The translations under genes were made by a program, and so were the position numbers. A stretch of 64,000 nucleotides of DNA from Eledone cirrhosa (lineage: Eukaryota). A model generated the notes under the pieces. The model was not told the origin of the DNA. It was given only the letters and a program-made list of their open reading frames with translations, and did no database searches. Below are positions 38,811-51,158 of this stretch, one piece after another; positions within the stretch are counted from its first letter, which is position 1, and each line of letters opens with the position of its first letter. The stretch covers positions 122,760,001 to 122,824,000 of the forward strand of contig OZ024745.1 in NCBI GenBank assembly GCA_964016885.1, read 5' to 3'.

Positions 38811-39332
38811 TATATATATATACATACATACATACACACACACTTATACATACATACACACATACATGCATACACACATACACACGCATATATATATATA
38901 TATATATATATATTATGAGTATCTTGAGAAATGCAATGTCTCATACATAGAATCCTGATGGAAAAATATACCTTTATGGAGTAAGAGTCAAGAAAATCTA
39001 TGTTGAAAAATCACCAACCAGCCCTCCATCCATCCAGCCAGCCAACCATCCACACACATACAGATAGTTTCAAAATGCCTGATCAATAAAGATGCCTCAA
39101 AACATCTGCACACTGATACAAATATATACTTATATACTAAAACGACTACATCTATACTTAGAGAAAAAGACCCCCTTTAGTCGTGAATAACCATGGAATT
39201 TGCATCTAGAAAGTTCCCCTCTGATGTACAAGACCGGGCAAGGTTGTTTGCAGTCACCCATGCATACCAGCCTCTTCTCCACATCACTGATGCATTAACA
39301 TATATGCATACATACACACATGCATATATGAT

Positions 39333-39480
39333 GGCTGCAACTAGATTTTGAGTAATGCTATCGCTTGATACTTAAACATGAGCATCACTGACGTGGCTTT
39401 TTTGTTCTGATAGGGTCTTGCCTATGGTCAGTAATGCCATGCATCACAAAAAATGTCACATATCAAATGATGCTTGTGCT
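39333..39480 (-). mobile_element. Older diverged 3' end related to the 39515-39896 element
   Basis: TGGCTGCAACTAGATTTTGAGTA resembles TGGCTGCCAACTCGTTTTCGAGTA. Confidence 0.4.
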
Positions 39481-39514
39481 TGAAGCTATTTTTTTAAGTA
39501 CATACATACATATA

Positions 39515-39896
39515 TGGTGGCTGCCAACTCGTTTTCGAGTACGGTCACTACTTTATATCCATGTAGGAGAACCCCTACCGATGAGCTGAACAAGTGTGAC
39601 TTTTTAGTCCAGCCAGTGACTTGAAAACTCTGGTACAAACACTACACTTGTGACAATTATTGACACATAGTGCTGGGCCCATGGTACCATGTGATGACAA
39701 GTGCAGAGAGATCTCCAGATATAAAGCAATGCCTGTGCCGTGAAGCTTTTATAGTGAGCAAAGGCACTGCACAAAGCCAGTCCCACTCTCTTAACCAAGA
39801 TGATATTTACCAAAAAGAAGAACAAGTCAACATCATTGGATACCATCAGGGTTGCAGGTGTTATATCAGAGTTTTCCTTCTAGAATTCTGCCTTGA
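39515..39896 (-). mobile_element. RTE-derived non-autonomous retroelement, 5'-truncated
   Basis: Reverse-complement copy of 43873-44255; sits in TA/TACA microsatellite. Confidence 0.8.
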
Positions 39897-39899
39897 ATT

Positions 39900-40158
39900 A
39901 TACATACATACACAAACACACACATACATAGATACATACATACATACACATACATACACATACATACACATACATACACATACATACACACATACACAAA
40001 CACACACATACCTAGATACATACATACATACACACACATACATACACATACATACATACACAAACACACATATACATACATACATACACACACATACATA
40101 CACATACATACATATATACATATTTGTATACAAATTTCTATACATACATATACACATC
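39900..40158. repeat. (TACA/CA)n microsatellite
   Basis: Directly visible. Confidence 0.95.
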
Positions 40159-43100
40159 CCAACTAAAATATTATGTAAGTTGTTTCTAGGAATTTATAAC
40201 TGTCTTTTTCAATTTAGTTGTGATATTTATGTGTTCTACTTCAATGTAGGCTTTATATGTTTCCTGGCTTGGAGGGAGATTTTGTCTTATGGATATTTAG
40301 CTTGCTACATTCTATTTGTAAAATAGGGAACAAGTACATATTGACATTTATACCTTACAGCCACTGTAGCAGATTTTGATCAGTGTACGCTTTCTTAAAA
40401 AGTCCTTGCAAATGATGAAAGATATTGAAAACATTGGAAATAACATAACCTTTGAGGTTATATCCTTAGTTTACTATTATGAGTCAGAAATATATTCATC
40501 TTTTGCAAGACTAAGCTATTTAATAGGATTTCTGGTTATATTCTAAATATCAAGTCCTCATCAACATTTTAATATCTGGTTTATAAGGCTAACAAGTGTT
40601 GGACAAATCCGATCTATATAGCATCCTTAATTTGATTCTATCTTTTGGAATCTCATCTTTGAAGCCAATCATACAGAAATATGACTTTATCATATCTTTC
40701 AATGTCTTTCTTAATCTTCCTCTCTACCATAGCCACATTCAACTGTCATTTCATAGTGTATATTCAAAAAGCACTCGTATGCCATAGTAAATGTCTCTCA
40801 TGTATGCATTCATTGGTGCTTTTAATACTTGCCTATTCCTAGAAATCATTTTTAATCTCTTTTTAAATCAAGATGCTAACTAATCATTTTAGAGAGTAAT
40901 AATATACATTCAATGACATGTGCTTGCCTCATTTCTCTCCAGATTTCACAGACCTCACATACACAAAGCAGGGCTGCAAATTAACTGAGTCATTAGAACA
41001 TCAGATAGCATGCTTTGTGGTATTCATTTGAGCCCTCTGTATTCTGAGTTTAAAACCTGCCAAGGTCAACTTTGTCTTTCATCCTTTCGGTGTCATTAAA
41101 AATATTGCCAGCCCAGTACTCAGGTCAAGTCTTCCTCTATATCTCTGTCTCATTTCCTTTCTAGCACGTTTCTCTCCTCTTCTGGAATGGGAATGGGCTT
41201 CAACAGGTTCAAAGCACCCAAGAAATGTTGTATGTCAGTGTGACACTCCTATGACTCTATCGGGAGTTATGGGTTCATACATACATACTATATTTAAGGT
41301 GCATTGTTCTGTATTTGCAGTAATATGCTCTTTATACTTATTTCATTTTATATTACAATTGGTAAACAATAACATAATTCCTGACAGGTAACCAACATGT
41401 CAATCTTTGGTTCACGGCACATTGATGACAAACCTGATAGGATTGTTTCTCTAACTTAGTGCAAATAATGTTAAAGCAAAGGACTTTGTCCAAAAGTACA
41501 GGTTTTTTTCCAGATATTTTCTTCCTTCATTGATATACAAAATATACATGCACACATATACACACACATGTCCACCCAAAATATACAATAATTATTTCCC
41601 TTTTTAAACCTCTCTAATACTTAAGCATTTCTCCAAAACATTTTTTCCATTCGTTCCTCTTCTCACTCTCATCTTTCTACATCTTTCTACATCATCTTAT
41701 ATATATATATGTATATATATTATGTTTATATGTTATGTTTCCTCATAATTATATGTGTATATAGTTATTTCAGTAAATGTTGCCTTGTATGGTTATACAA
41801 ATATAAAATTGTATCAACGCATATGAAAGTGTATTTAAATAATAAATATATAAATATTTAAGCTTATACATGTGTAGAAGAATATAAGATAAATATATGT
41901 ATATTAGCTCTATGTGTGTATGTATTTCGAATTTCAAACTTCACATGTTCTGGTATGTATGCCTAAAATTGCACACATAAATATAAATGATTTAATTTAG
42001 ATAGATTTTTCTTCCTATAAAGAAAGTGGTTTTCTACGAATATGTTTTATTCTTTCTTTTTCATAAATTCATTTTTCAGATGAAGTTCTTTGAGCCAGTT
42101 TCATATATTCGCTCAAAATATATTTGATTTCAACTGTTGAAACATATAGATCTATGTTTTTATATCAAAGAGAAAAGTATGTCATACATTGGCTTTAAAG
42201 ATTTCTACATAGTACCTACAGGATGAAAGAGAGAAAGGAAAATATTCTAAAAGGGATAGAAAAGCAATATACTTTACCTGAGTGTACTATGAGATTTTAG
42301 AAAATAAAGAAGAAAAAAAGAAAAATGAATTCATTTGGTAATTGAACAGCCAATATTTTCTATCAAATATATTAACAGCAGCATTAAAAAAAAATGGACA
42401 TCAATATAGCCTTCCATATTCTTAAAACTATTTTATTATAATATTCTAATTTCAAACAATGTTCTTCATAAACTTAATTTTAAAAGATCCACGATAATAA
42501 CTTTTCAAGAATATTATTGAAAAATAATCTAATAGTGTTGTTTCCTTTTTAAATAAAAATGTCACATTCGAGTAAGCAACTCTGAAAAACAAGACAAATG
42601 ATTATATAAAATGTAATAATATATACCACACAAACAGAATATATGGACACATTGGAGACTGTAGTGATTAAAACATATGGAACTGCCTGAAATTTGAAGT
42701 TGGGAAATTAATATTCTAGTACACATATATGCAAGTTTGCATGTACACTTGTACACACACATACACACACACACACACATATATATATATACACATATGA
42801 CTGCTCTTCTGCTGTAAATGAAAGTGCATGATATTATCATTGACATCTTTGTTATGTTCAGATTTATTTCAAAATGCCAAGTCACACATGAAATTCAAGG
42901 AGTAATGTTAATTCTAAGTCTGGGAAAGTTCAGATGGATCATTATTGTTGATATCATAATCACCATCAGTATCACTGTTGCTGTCATTATAGTGTTGTTG
43001 TTGTTGTTGTTGTTGGTGTTTGATGTTTGTTAAAGTGTTAAGACTTTTATAAAGAAAACATTACACAACTATTTGGTCAGTCTCCCTATTTAAAAGGTCA

Positions 43101-43663
43101 CATGATTAATAAAATTTAAAGAAAATATTAGTGTAAATGGAAGTAAACCATTGATTTTCTGTCTTGAGTATATGTCCTTTGACTCATTTGATCTTTTCTC
43201 TTTGTTTGGTAATAAAAATATTTATGGCATAAGAGAGAAATCTGACAATAATTGTTCACAGCGTCATTGATATCTTTTGTAATCATACAAGTAAACATTT
43301 TATATGGGCTTAGAATTGTTTTAGGAAAACCTGGAGAAAGCAAGTTATAAATAAGTCAAATTTTAGTATGAGCTGACAAAGGAAGAAGAGTTTTTATATG
43401 GCCTTTCGATCTGCTAGAAATAGCAACCGAATCTCCATTAAATCTTCTTTTAAAAAATGATGGATACACTGGATGTGATCTAAGAAACAATGTGTCTGAA
43501 AAAAAAGACATGGTGGTCTCTTGAAACAGAGCTGACTTGAGGCTAAACAACAACATGCATACATTTTGACTAATAACAATATGCATAAATTTTGAAGAAG
43601 AGTATAATATTTATGAATATTACATATGTATGTATGTATGTATACATATATATATATATTATC

Positions 43664-44252
43664 ACCAGTTGGTGCTACTGGTAACATGTATCCCAGTACA
43701 ACCTGTCCCTTGGTCGGGTCGTTGGCGACTAAACTGGCAACCTCACCAAGGTTTCTTGGTGAGGAGGGTGACTTTGGACATCCTGCAGGACTAAACCTGT
43801 CAAAGAGCAAAGGAGCTCTTAAGAGTCAATGGCCATCCAAAATCACCAGGAGAGATGACCCCTTAGCCTTTGTCAAGGCAGAATTCTAGGAGAAGGAAAA
43901 CTCTGATATAACACCTGCAACCCTGATAGTATCCAATGATGTTGACTTGTTCTTCTTTTTGGTAAATATCATCTTGGTCAAGCGAGTGGGACTGGCTTTG
44001 TGCAGTGCCTTTGCTCACTATAAAAGCTTCACGGCACAGGCATTGCTTTATATCTGGAGATCTCTCTGCACTTGTCGTCACATTGTGCCATGGGCCCAGC
44101 ACTATGTGTCAATAATTGTCACAAGTGTAGTGTTTGTACCAGAGTTTTCAAGTCGCTGGCTGGACTAAGGTCACACTCATTCAGCGCATCGGTAGGGGTT
44201 CTCCTACATGGATATAAAGTAGTGGCCGTACTCGAAAACGAGTTGGCAGCCA

Positions 44253-44255
<3 letters not shown>
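43664..44255 (+). mobile_element. RTE-derived non-autonomous retroelement (~590 bp; 5'-UTR-like head + ORF 3' end)
   Basis: 3' part encodes [17 protein letters not shown], like the C-terminal zinc finger of RTE/BovB-type ORFs; head shared with 62194-62370; (TA)n tail. Confidence 0.7.
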
Positions 44256-44302
<47 letters not shown>

Positions 44303-44363
44303 ACATACATACATATGTAATATTCATAAATTTTATACTCTTCTTCAAAATTTATGCATATTG

Positions 44364-44423
<60 letters not shown>

Positions 44424-44439
44424 GTATATGAATTAGTTA

Positions 44440-44760
44440 AGAAGAGAAAGAGATGCAATGTTCAGTTCTTCTGAGACTGGTAAGATTGATGAAACTGTTG
44501 CACACCTCAGTTATTTGAAAGTCAATTTGCAAGGAAAGCATTTGAGGGGACAAAATTCTAGAATGCTGCATTCCTGAGTAGGAAGGAGTGGGGAAAGTGT
44601 TTAGTGAAACGTTTTGTGGCAGGTGGGGTGGATACAGTAAAGGTGACAGGAAAATGAGGGACGGGAGGGGAATGCTCATGGTAAAATGATCAAATTGCTT
44701 GGATACTGGACAGCCAGAAATTTGTAACTCATATCTTGTAACTAGTACAGAATAGTATTT
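44440..44760 (-). mobile_element. Decayed LINE 3' fragment (CR1/L2-like)
   Basis: Purine-rich on +; minus-strand end resembles the 19200-19360 fragment; weak. Confidence 0.35.
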
Positions 44761-46098
44761 GTGGCCAAGACACTCTCTGCTTAGCTTCTTCTCACTCATC
44801 CTCATCATCATTGTCACCCTCAACACCATTTAATGTTTGCACAGATTGTTACAGACTGAGTTAATACTCAAGTGGAGCTACTGACTTTTCAGATGAGCTG
44901 GGGTCCTGCAACTTCCTTGCCTAAATTCTCACATTCAACCAGGTGCCCAGACAATGTAACATTCACCACCGTAACTAGAAAAGACACTTAAATTGGTAAG
45001 AATTTCCTTAGCTCAATGTGCTGAATACAATTCTCTTTGTGAGAAAGAGGATCTTTCTTTAACAGAATGCATGGTGGATCAACAACTTACTTTGTAAAAC
45101 AACAAAAACAAAAACAATTCAATGAAAATTAATTTGCGGTTATAATTAGGCCAAACGCTTTTGAGAAAAAGAAAAACTATGATCTGAAGATGTTCTTCAA
45201 CATGAAAGCAGGAATTGTTAACTACTGTCTCACAGAAATAATGAAATAATCCTTCATTCATTACACGTTAATCTTTAAGGATTAAATTCAAAAGTAGAAA
45301 GTCTAGGTTTCATCCCAAGTGGACAGCATAGAAACAAATATAGCCTTGTATTGTCTTATATTGATTAAGGAATTGGAGTAAGAATTCAATAAACTATTGA
45401 CAAGAACTTTAGATTTCTAGTTTGAGATTATCGTTGAAGGAGAGCATCTGTGAAGTAATAAATAGATTTGTCATTCATTTCCAAGTCAATTCAATGACAC
45501 AAAGGAAACTCATAAGGCTTAATGGTACACTGTTCAGTCACTAGCTACCATTTATCACTGATAATATATTCCTTTGGCTATAGTCAGCAAGTGAATTCAA
45601 AAGCTTTGACACATGGATTTGATGCAACTATTTCATTTCTATGTGAAACAAAATCTGATAGAAATAGCGACCAAATCCCCCTCAGCATCTAAAATGATGA
45701 CAGTATTAGATAATTTAGTTACCAAATTTCCCACAGCATCTTTGAAAAGGAGGATATCATAAGATAATACAGTTATAAATATTTTGAAAGTGATAGCATG
45801 GGCTTAGATTGAATGATTTTGATCATCAGTCTACTTAATCAGAACAGAGCTGGAGGTTTAAACAATAACAAGAAATACTCCCAGTGATGAAAATAGGGGG
45901 GGTTATATAATTTTCTACTTTTCCGTTTCCAGCAGAAGGGGGGACGTGTAGCCTCTACCCACATCTCAATCTCAGCTGCATGCATCTTAGTGTACCGTTG
46001 AATGTTACCTCTTTGCGTGATATCTAGACTGCCGTGTTATAAATTTCATCGTCAATACCAAATGCCATAAACAACCTCATATATATATATATGTATAT

Positions 46099-46236
46099 TA
46101 AAGGTAAACAGAAATAACAACACAATCGTTACAGTATATGGAAGGAATATATTAGGTTAATGTTTGAAATAGCAGGAAGAGGGTCTTAACGTTTCGGACA
46201 TTAGTCATTCATCAGAAGAAAGAATGAGAAATAAGA
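46099..46236 (-). mobile_element. Penelope-like pLTR fragment with minimal hammerhead (46184-46219)
   Basis: Minus strand TCTT-CTGATGA-A-TGAC-TAAT-GTCC-GAA-ACGT-T|AAGA; homologous to 36304-36442; abuts (TA)n. Confidence 0.65.
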
Positions 46237-47100
46237 CCGATTGAGGGGACAGGTGCGTTGGAATTGGAAAAAATGTCTTTAGATAAAAATAGTTAATAAG
46301 GAAATAAGTGAAAAAAATTCTGAACTTATATTTGACAATAATGAGGTTGTTTATGACATTTAATATTGAATGTGAGGTTGTGAATTTGATTCCTGGGCTG
46401 AATGATACTTTATTAGGTTAATGCTTGAAATAGCAGCAAGATTTTATTTTCCCTTCAGTACACATTTTAGTGATTGTGTCTCCTGTAAGACACCAAACCT
46501 GCCCTGCTTTAGCAAACCAGACAGCATCCTTCACACACAGATCGTTGAACCTGAACTGCATTCCTTTCACCTTGCCTTATATCACCTAGGTACTCAATCC
46601 TTGTGTTGACATGGCTTCTGATACCATTTTGACAAATTTTCTTCATTGTAGTCGCCCTTGACAGTGTCCTCTGTGAGGGGCAGATGCAATGCCGATAGTC
46701 ATCATCCTGTGTGGGTTCCAGCTGATGACCAGTACTACACCACAGAGACCTGTCTGGTCTTCAGGGCCACTCCAAATGAGGCAGTGGTCTCCGAGATTAA
46801 TTCACCACTGTCAGGCCAGCATGAGTCCTGCATGAGTCCTGCCACTGTCAGGCCAGCAGAGTCCTGCCAGTGTGATATTGTAAGGGGATAGCTCTCGTGA
46901 AAGCAGAGTGGTTGCTCCAGGATGAAGGAGTGACAGGACATTCCATGTGGCAACATGAATTTTGTAACGTAAATCAATTTCTTATTGGTGCAGAACATGC
47001 TGTGTGCTGTATGAAACTAACTACAAGATAAATGTTAAGAAATTATACACCGTATCTTATTTTAGAATCACAATATACAACATAAAATGAATATATAATA

Positions 47101-47475
47101 CTAGTTGGCCACATGCCGTCAAAAACGATGGCTAATTGTAATATCTATACATAAAAAAGAGATGTTTGTTTGTTGGTTGGTTGATTCCTTTGCATTCACT
47201 CTCACAAGTAATACAAACATACAAACACACAGCTGTGTCAAATCTTAGAATTCTGGACTTCTATAGTTTCTCCCCCTCCCTCCACATTCAGTAATGACAT
47301 AGATGTGTGTGTATTAGACACCCTTTCCTTCCTCAGTCGACATATCACCCCTTCCTTCCTCAGTCGACATAATCACCCCTTCCTTTCTCAATCGACATAA
47401 TCACCCCTTTCTTCCTCAGTTGACATACCCCCCCCCCCCTGATGGACAAATACACAAGGTTATTATATTAGTAGA
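47101..47475 (-). mobile_element. Non-autonomous Helitron-like element with internal ~28-bp tandem repeat
   Basis: Minus strand A|TCTACTAATATAATAA ... hairpin GCCATC-N6-GACGGC 10 nt before CTAG|T; 4 x CCCTTCCTTCCTCAGTCGACATAATCAC at ~47319-47426. Confidence 0.65.
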
Positions 47476-48184
47476 TTAAAATTAAATTTGATCTTTTTTC
47501 TCAACTTTTCTAGATGGAATAGAACATTTTTACATTTAACATTACTATCAAATAGAACACGAAGAGATGAAATGAAATATAAATGTTTATACTATTCAAC
47601 ATTGTTACTATAGGCTCTCATTTCTAATTACATTTGAGATTCTATACAAAAACGACTTAATGATTATATAATCAACCCCAGTGATATCTGATAATATTTT
47701 ATATTATATATATTTAAGCTTAGATCTAGTAATATTTGATATCATCTAACTACTAGTAACATATCAGATATTATTTGTTCAAACATGTAATTAAGATCAA
47801 AGTGCTACTAGTAATATGTAGCAAATATATTAACTAATGATAATTATCTGATATATATGTGTCACATTTAAGCAATGGGAATAAATGATTCTTCCTTTGT
47901 ACTTTCCATCCAATTTGTTGTTATATATTAGAATGTGTATGCTGGTATGGTTGTATGGTTAAGATGTTTGCCTCACAATCAAGAGGTCCTTGGTTCAATC
48001 CTCCAGTGATGTGGCATCTTGAGCAAGTGGTTTTGCCACAGCATCAGATTGACCCTAGCCATGTGAATGAAATTGGGTTGGTAGAAACTGCATGGAAATA
48101 TATCAGGAGGATTGTACCTGTAATTCAAAGGTCCAATCTTGTCACATATGGGATCATGCTTATTTAGTTAGAGAATTAAATTAA

Positions 48185-48425
48185 CCCTTTACGATTTACA
48201 TTACTCTATAAATACTACAAAGAATTCGAATTTTGAAAGCCCTGACAATGTGGGTTTGGACAGAGAATAATCAATCATAAGAAACAGGGGTTGTTTTTTT
48301 ACCTTAATTTATTCATTCATAAAAAAAACCTTATTTCTTACGATTGATTATTTTCCATCCAAACTCGCATTGTTGTGGCTTTCAAATTTCGAATTCTTTA
48401 TACAGCCGGTTTAAATGCTAGAATG
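48185..48425. mobile_element. MITE family 1 ends enclosing a 181-bp palindrome
   Basis: TTAA flanks; first ~33 bp and last ~25 bp are family 1; 48219-48399 is an unrelated inverted repeat. Confidence 0.75.
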
Positions 48426-48552
48426 TTAATGGTATGCATGTGTGGAGAATACTCAGCTATTGACACATTAATTCATGAGTTGGGTATAAGTTGATCTAAT
48501 AACAACACTCATCTTTAAAACTGATAGATAATCCATCATTATCATAATATAT

Positions 48553-48692
48553 TAGAGTTACGTCCCTTTACGGACCGAGTTCAAATCCCGCCGAGGTTAA
48601 CTTTGTCTTTCATTCTTACCGGGTCGATAAAATAAAGCACCAGTAATGTACTGGGTAATTGCTGGCCTTGTGCCAAAAGTAGAAACAATTAT
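48553..48692 (+). mobile_element. SINE group B, 5'-truncated
   Basis: ATTATCATAATAT direct repeat on both sides. Confidence 0.9.
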
Positions 48693-49571
48693 CATAATAT
48701 CTTAGGATTATTTTGGCTAAACAAATTATGTTTATGTGACATTTTAGCCGCTCCTTGTGGTATTTCTTGAGAGAACTGCAAGAATTTCACTTGAAGAACA
48801 AACAACTTAACATTTGTTTATTGATATTGAGGTGGCATTTGAGAGATATTCTGCCTGCCGAATAATGGAAAAAAAATTGGAGAAATTGTGTGGCTAATGT
48901 GAACTCATCAGACAAATGTGTGAATTTTCTGATGTATTGACAACTCTGTTCTTATATGTAAAATACAACTCTGCATCTATATCTTAAATGTTTGCTCTTG
49001 AAGGTCTTTCAAAGACATTTCAGACTAGTTATAATTATTGTAGTCATGTTTTCAACATAATGAGAGTACTTCCTAACATTAAATAAGATTGAAAGTCTAT
49101 TTTTATGCGCACAAATTCAGAATATGCTGCAGTATGATGCTCAAGCCTGTGAAATATAGAAATTATCTGTAGCTATTAAAAGAATATGATGCTTAAATGG
49201 CCATATTTATGAATATGTCGTATAAATGGATATTTAGATGTTACAATGATAAAATGGAAAGATGATTTATCATCATCATTGTTTTTATGACAACTTTTTC
49301 ATCTTGGCATGGTTTTGATGAGACTTTTCAAGGCAATGTTTTACAGCCTTCCTGACGTGTGCTACATAACAGTGATTATTATGCCCCCAAGAAATCATTC
49401 TTTATACCTGAGAGGGAATTAAGGTGTGTGATTGCTTGGTGATGGTCAAAGAGTATCCACACATGGCTGCATAAAACTCCTCACTAATGTGCACAACACT
49501 AACATGACTAGTGTTAGTCCTGCATACACAATTAGTATGAATCTTATATGGTTTACATCTTATATGTTTCA

Positions 49572-49978
49572 CAAAGGCCAGTTATATGATGCCTGTGTGA
49601 GATGCGCGATGCTGAATGGGAGTGAGACATGGGCAGAAACTATTGAGGATATGCGATGGCTGGTGGGAAATAAAGCAAGCATGCTCCAATGGATGTGCAA
49701 TGTCAATGTGTGTGAACGACAAAGCATAGACGAGTTGAGAGAGAAACTGTGTTTAAGAGGGATAAACTGTAGTGTGCGGGAGAGAAGACTGCACTGGTAT
49801 GGACATGTGATGGAAGGAAGATGCAATAGACGAAGACCACAAATATCATGGATGGAGGAGGTGAGAGCTGACCGCAGATTGCTGAAGCTCATGAAGCACC
49901 GTGACGAATGGAGAGATAATATGTTGAAAAGGACCCATCCCACCCTTGCAAGCAGGGAAAAGTGGGCGTATGATGATG

Positions 49979-49981
<3 letters not shown>
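49572..49981 (+). mobile_element. RTE-clade LINE 3' fragment
   Basis: KGQLYDACVRCAMLNGSETW...MLQWMC...RERRLHWYGHVM...RRRP..W...THPTLASREKW; (GAT)n tail; same family as 22072-22284. Confidence 0.9.
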
Positions 49982-50014
<33 letters not shown>

Positions 50015-50595
50015 TATACATTGAAAGTAAAGATATTGCTAATAATATCAATTAGAGTTTAAAGATGTAGGAAGAAGTTTACAGATTGACTGTCTGATGT
50101 TGACAACAAATGTTTTCTGTTTTATATTAAAGGCAAGCTATGTAATGTGTGTGTAAGTGAATTTGGAAAGTGAATAAAGATGTGAATTGTTTAGTAAACA
50201 TCTGAAATTGAGAGACAGATTAAGTCAAATCAGTTGAGAAATGATTTAGCTAGTAAAGACATTGGCCAATGTATAGTAACGAGACTTCTAAACATATTGG
50301 ATTTCAATGAATACAGTATAGTGAGATTGGCAAGAATCAGTTTGTTAGAAGATAATAATTGAGTTAGAACTAGATCTTGAAAGACTAAGAAGGAATTAAA
50401 TTAAACCTTAAAATAATAGTTTTATAGCTGAGTTGACATGTTGAAGAATACTTGATTGTAGAACAAGCCAAAACAATTGAAGCTGCCATAAGAAAGTAAA
50501 ACATTTTATTTTTGGAAGTATAAGAGTACTGGTAAAAATAATAGTAATAGCATTGCTAGAGATGATAGTGATGATGACTAGTAAGTAGCAGTAAT

Positions 50596-51030
50596 AATTG
50601 TTTCTACGTTAGGCACTGGTTTCTAGTATAGGCCAGTAATTTGGGGGGACGGGAAAGTCGATTAAATTGAAATCAGTATGTTACTGGTGTTTTATTTTAT
50701 CGACCGCGTAAGGATGAAAGACAAAGTTAACCTAGGTGGGATTTGAACTCAGACCGTAAAGGGCCGTAACTCTATGCTGCAAAGCATGGTGTCTGACTCT
50801 CTACCAATACTGCCAATCCATTGCCCTAAGTAGCAGTAATAATTGTTTCTACGTTTGGCACAAGGCCAGCAATTACCCAGTGCATTACTGGTACTTTATT
50901 TTATCGACCCCGTAAGGATGAAAGGTAAAGTTAACCTCGGCGGGATTTGAACTCAGAATGGCAAGGGCCGTAACTCTATGCATCAAAGCATGGCATCTGA
51001 CCCTCTACCGATACTGCCAATCCACTGCCC
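50596..51030 (-). mobile_element. Two SINE group B copies in tandem (50596-50826 long subtype, 50840-51030 short subtype)
   Basis: AAGTAGCAGTAATAAT present three times (50583, 50828, 51033). Confidence 0.9.
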
Positions 51031-51158
51031 TAAAGTAGCAGTAATAATAAAATATAAAAAATACCTTTCAACTATTAGAAAAATAATTGAATGAATATGT
51101 CTGGTATGAAATTATATGAGTAACCAGTGATTTTATGGTAACGAATTTTAGATTGTTA

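Noticed and set aside
39670-40326. 218-aa ORF
   Set aside because: Antisense of a repeat fused to microsatellite.
44072-44320. C2H2 zinc-finger gene
   Set aside because: Single incomplete finger inside a repeated element; matches the terminal finger of RTE-type ORFs.
49432-50055. 207-aa ORF as a host gene
   Set aside because: C-terminal RTE LINE remnant with internal deletions, flanked by unrelated sequence.
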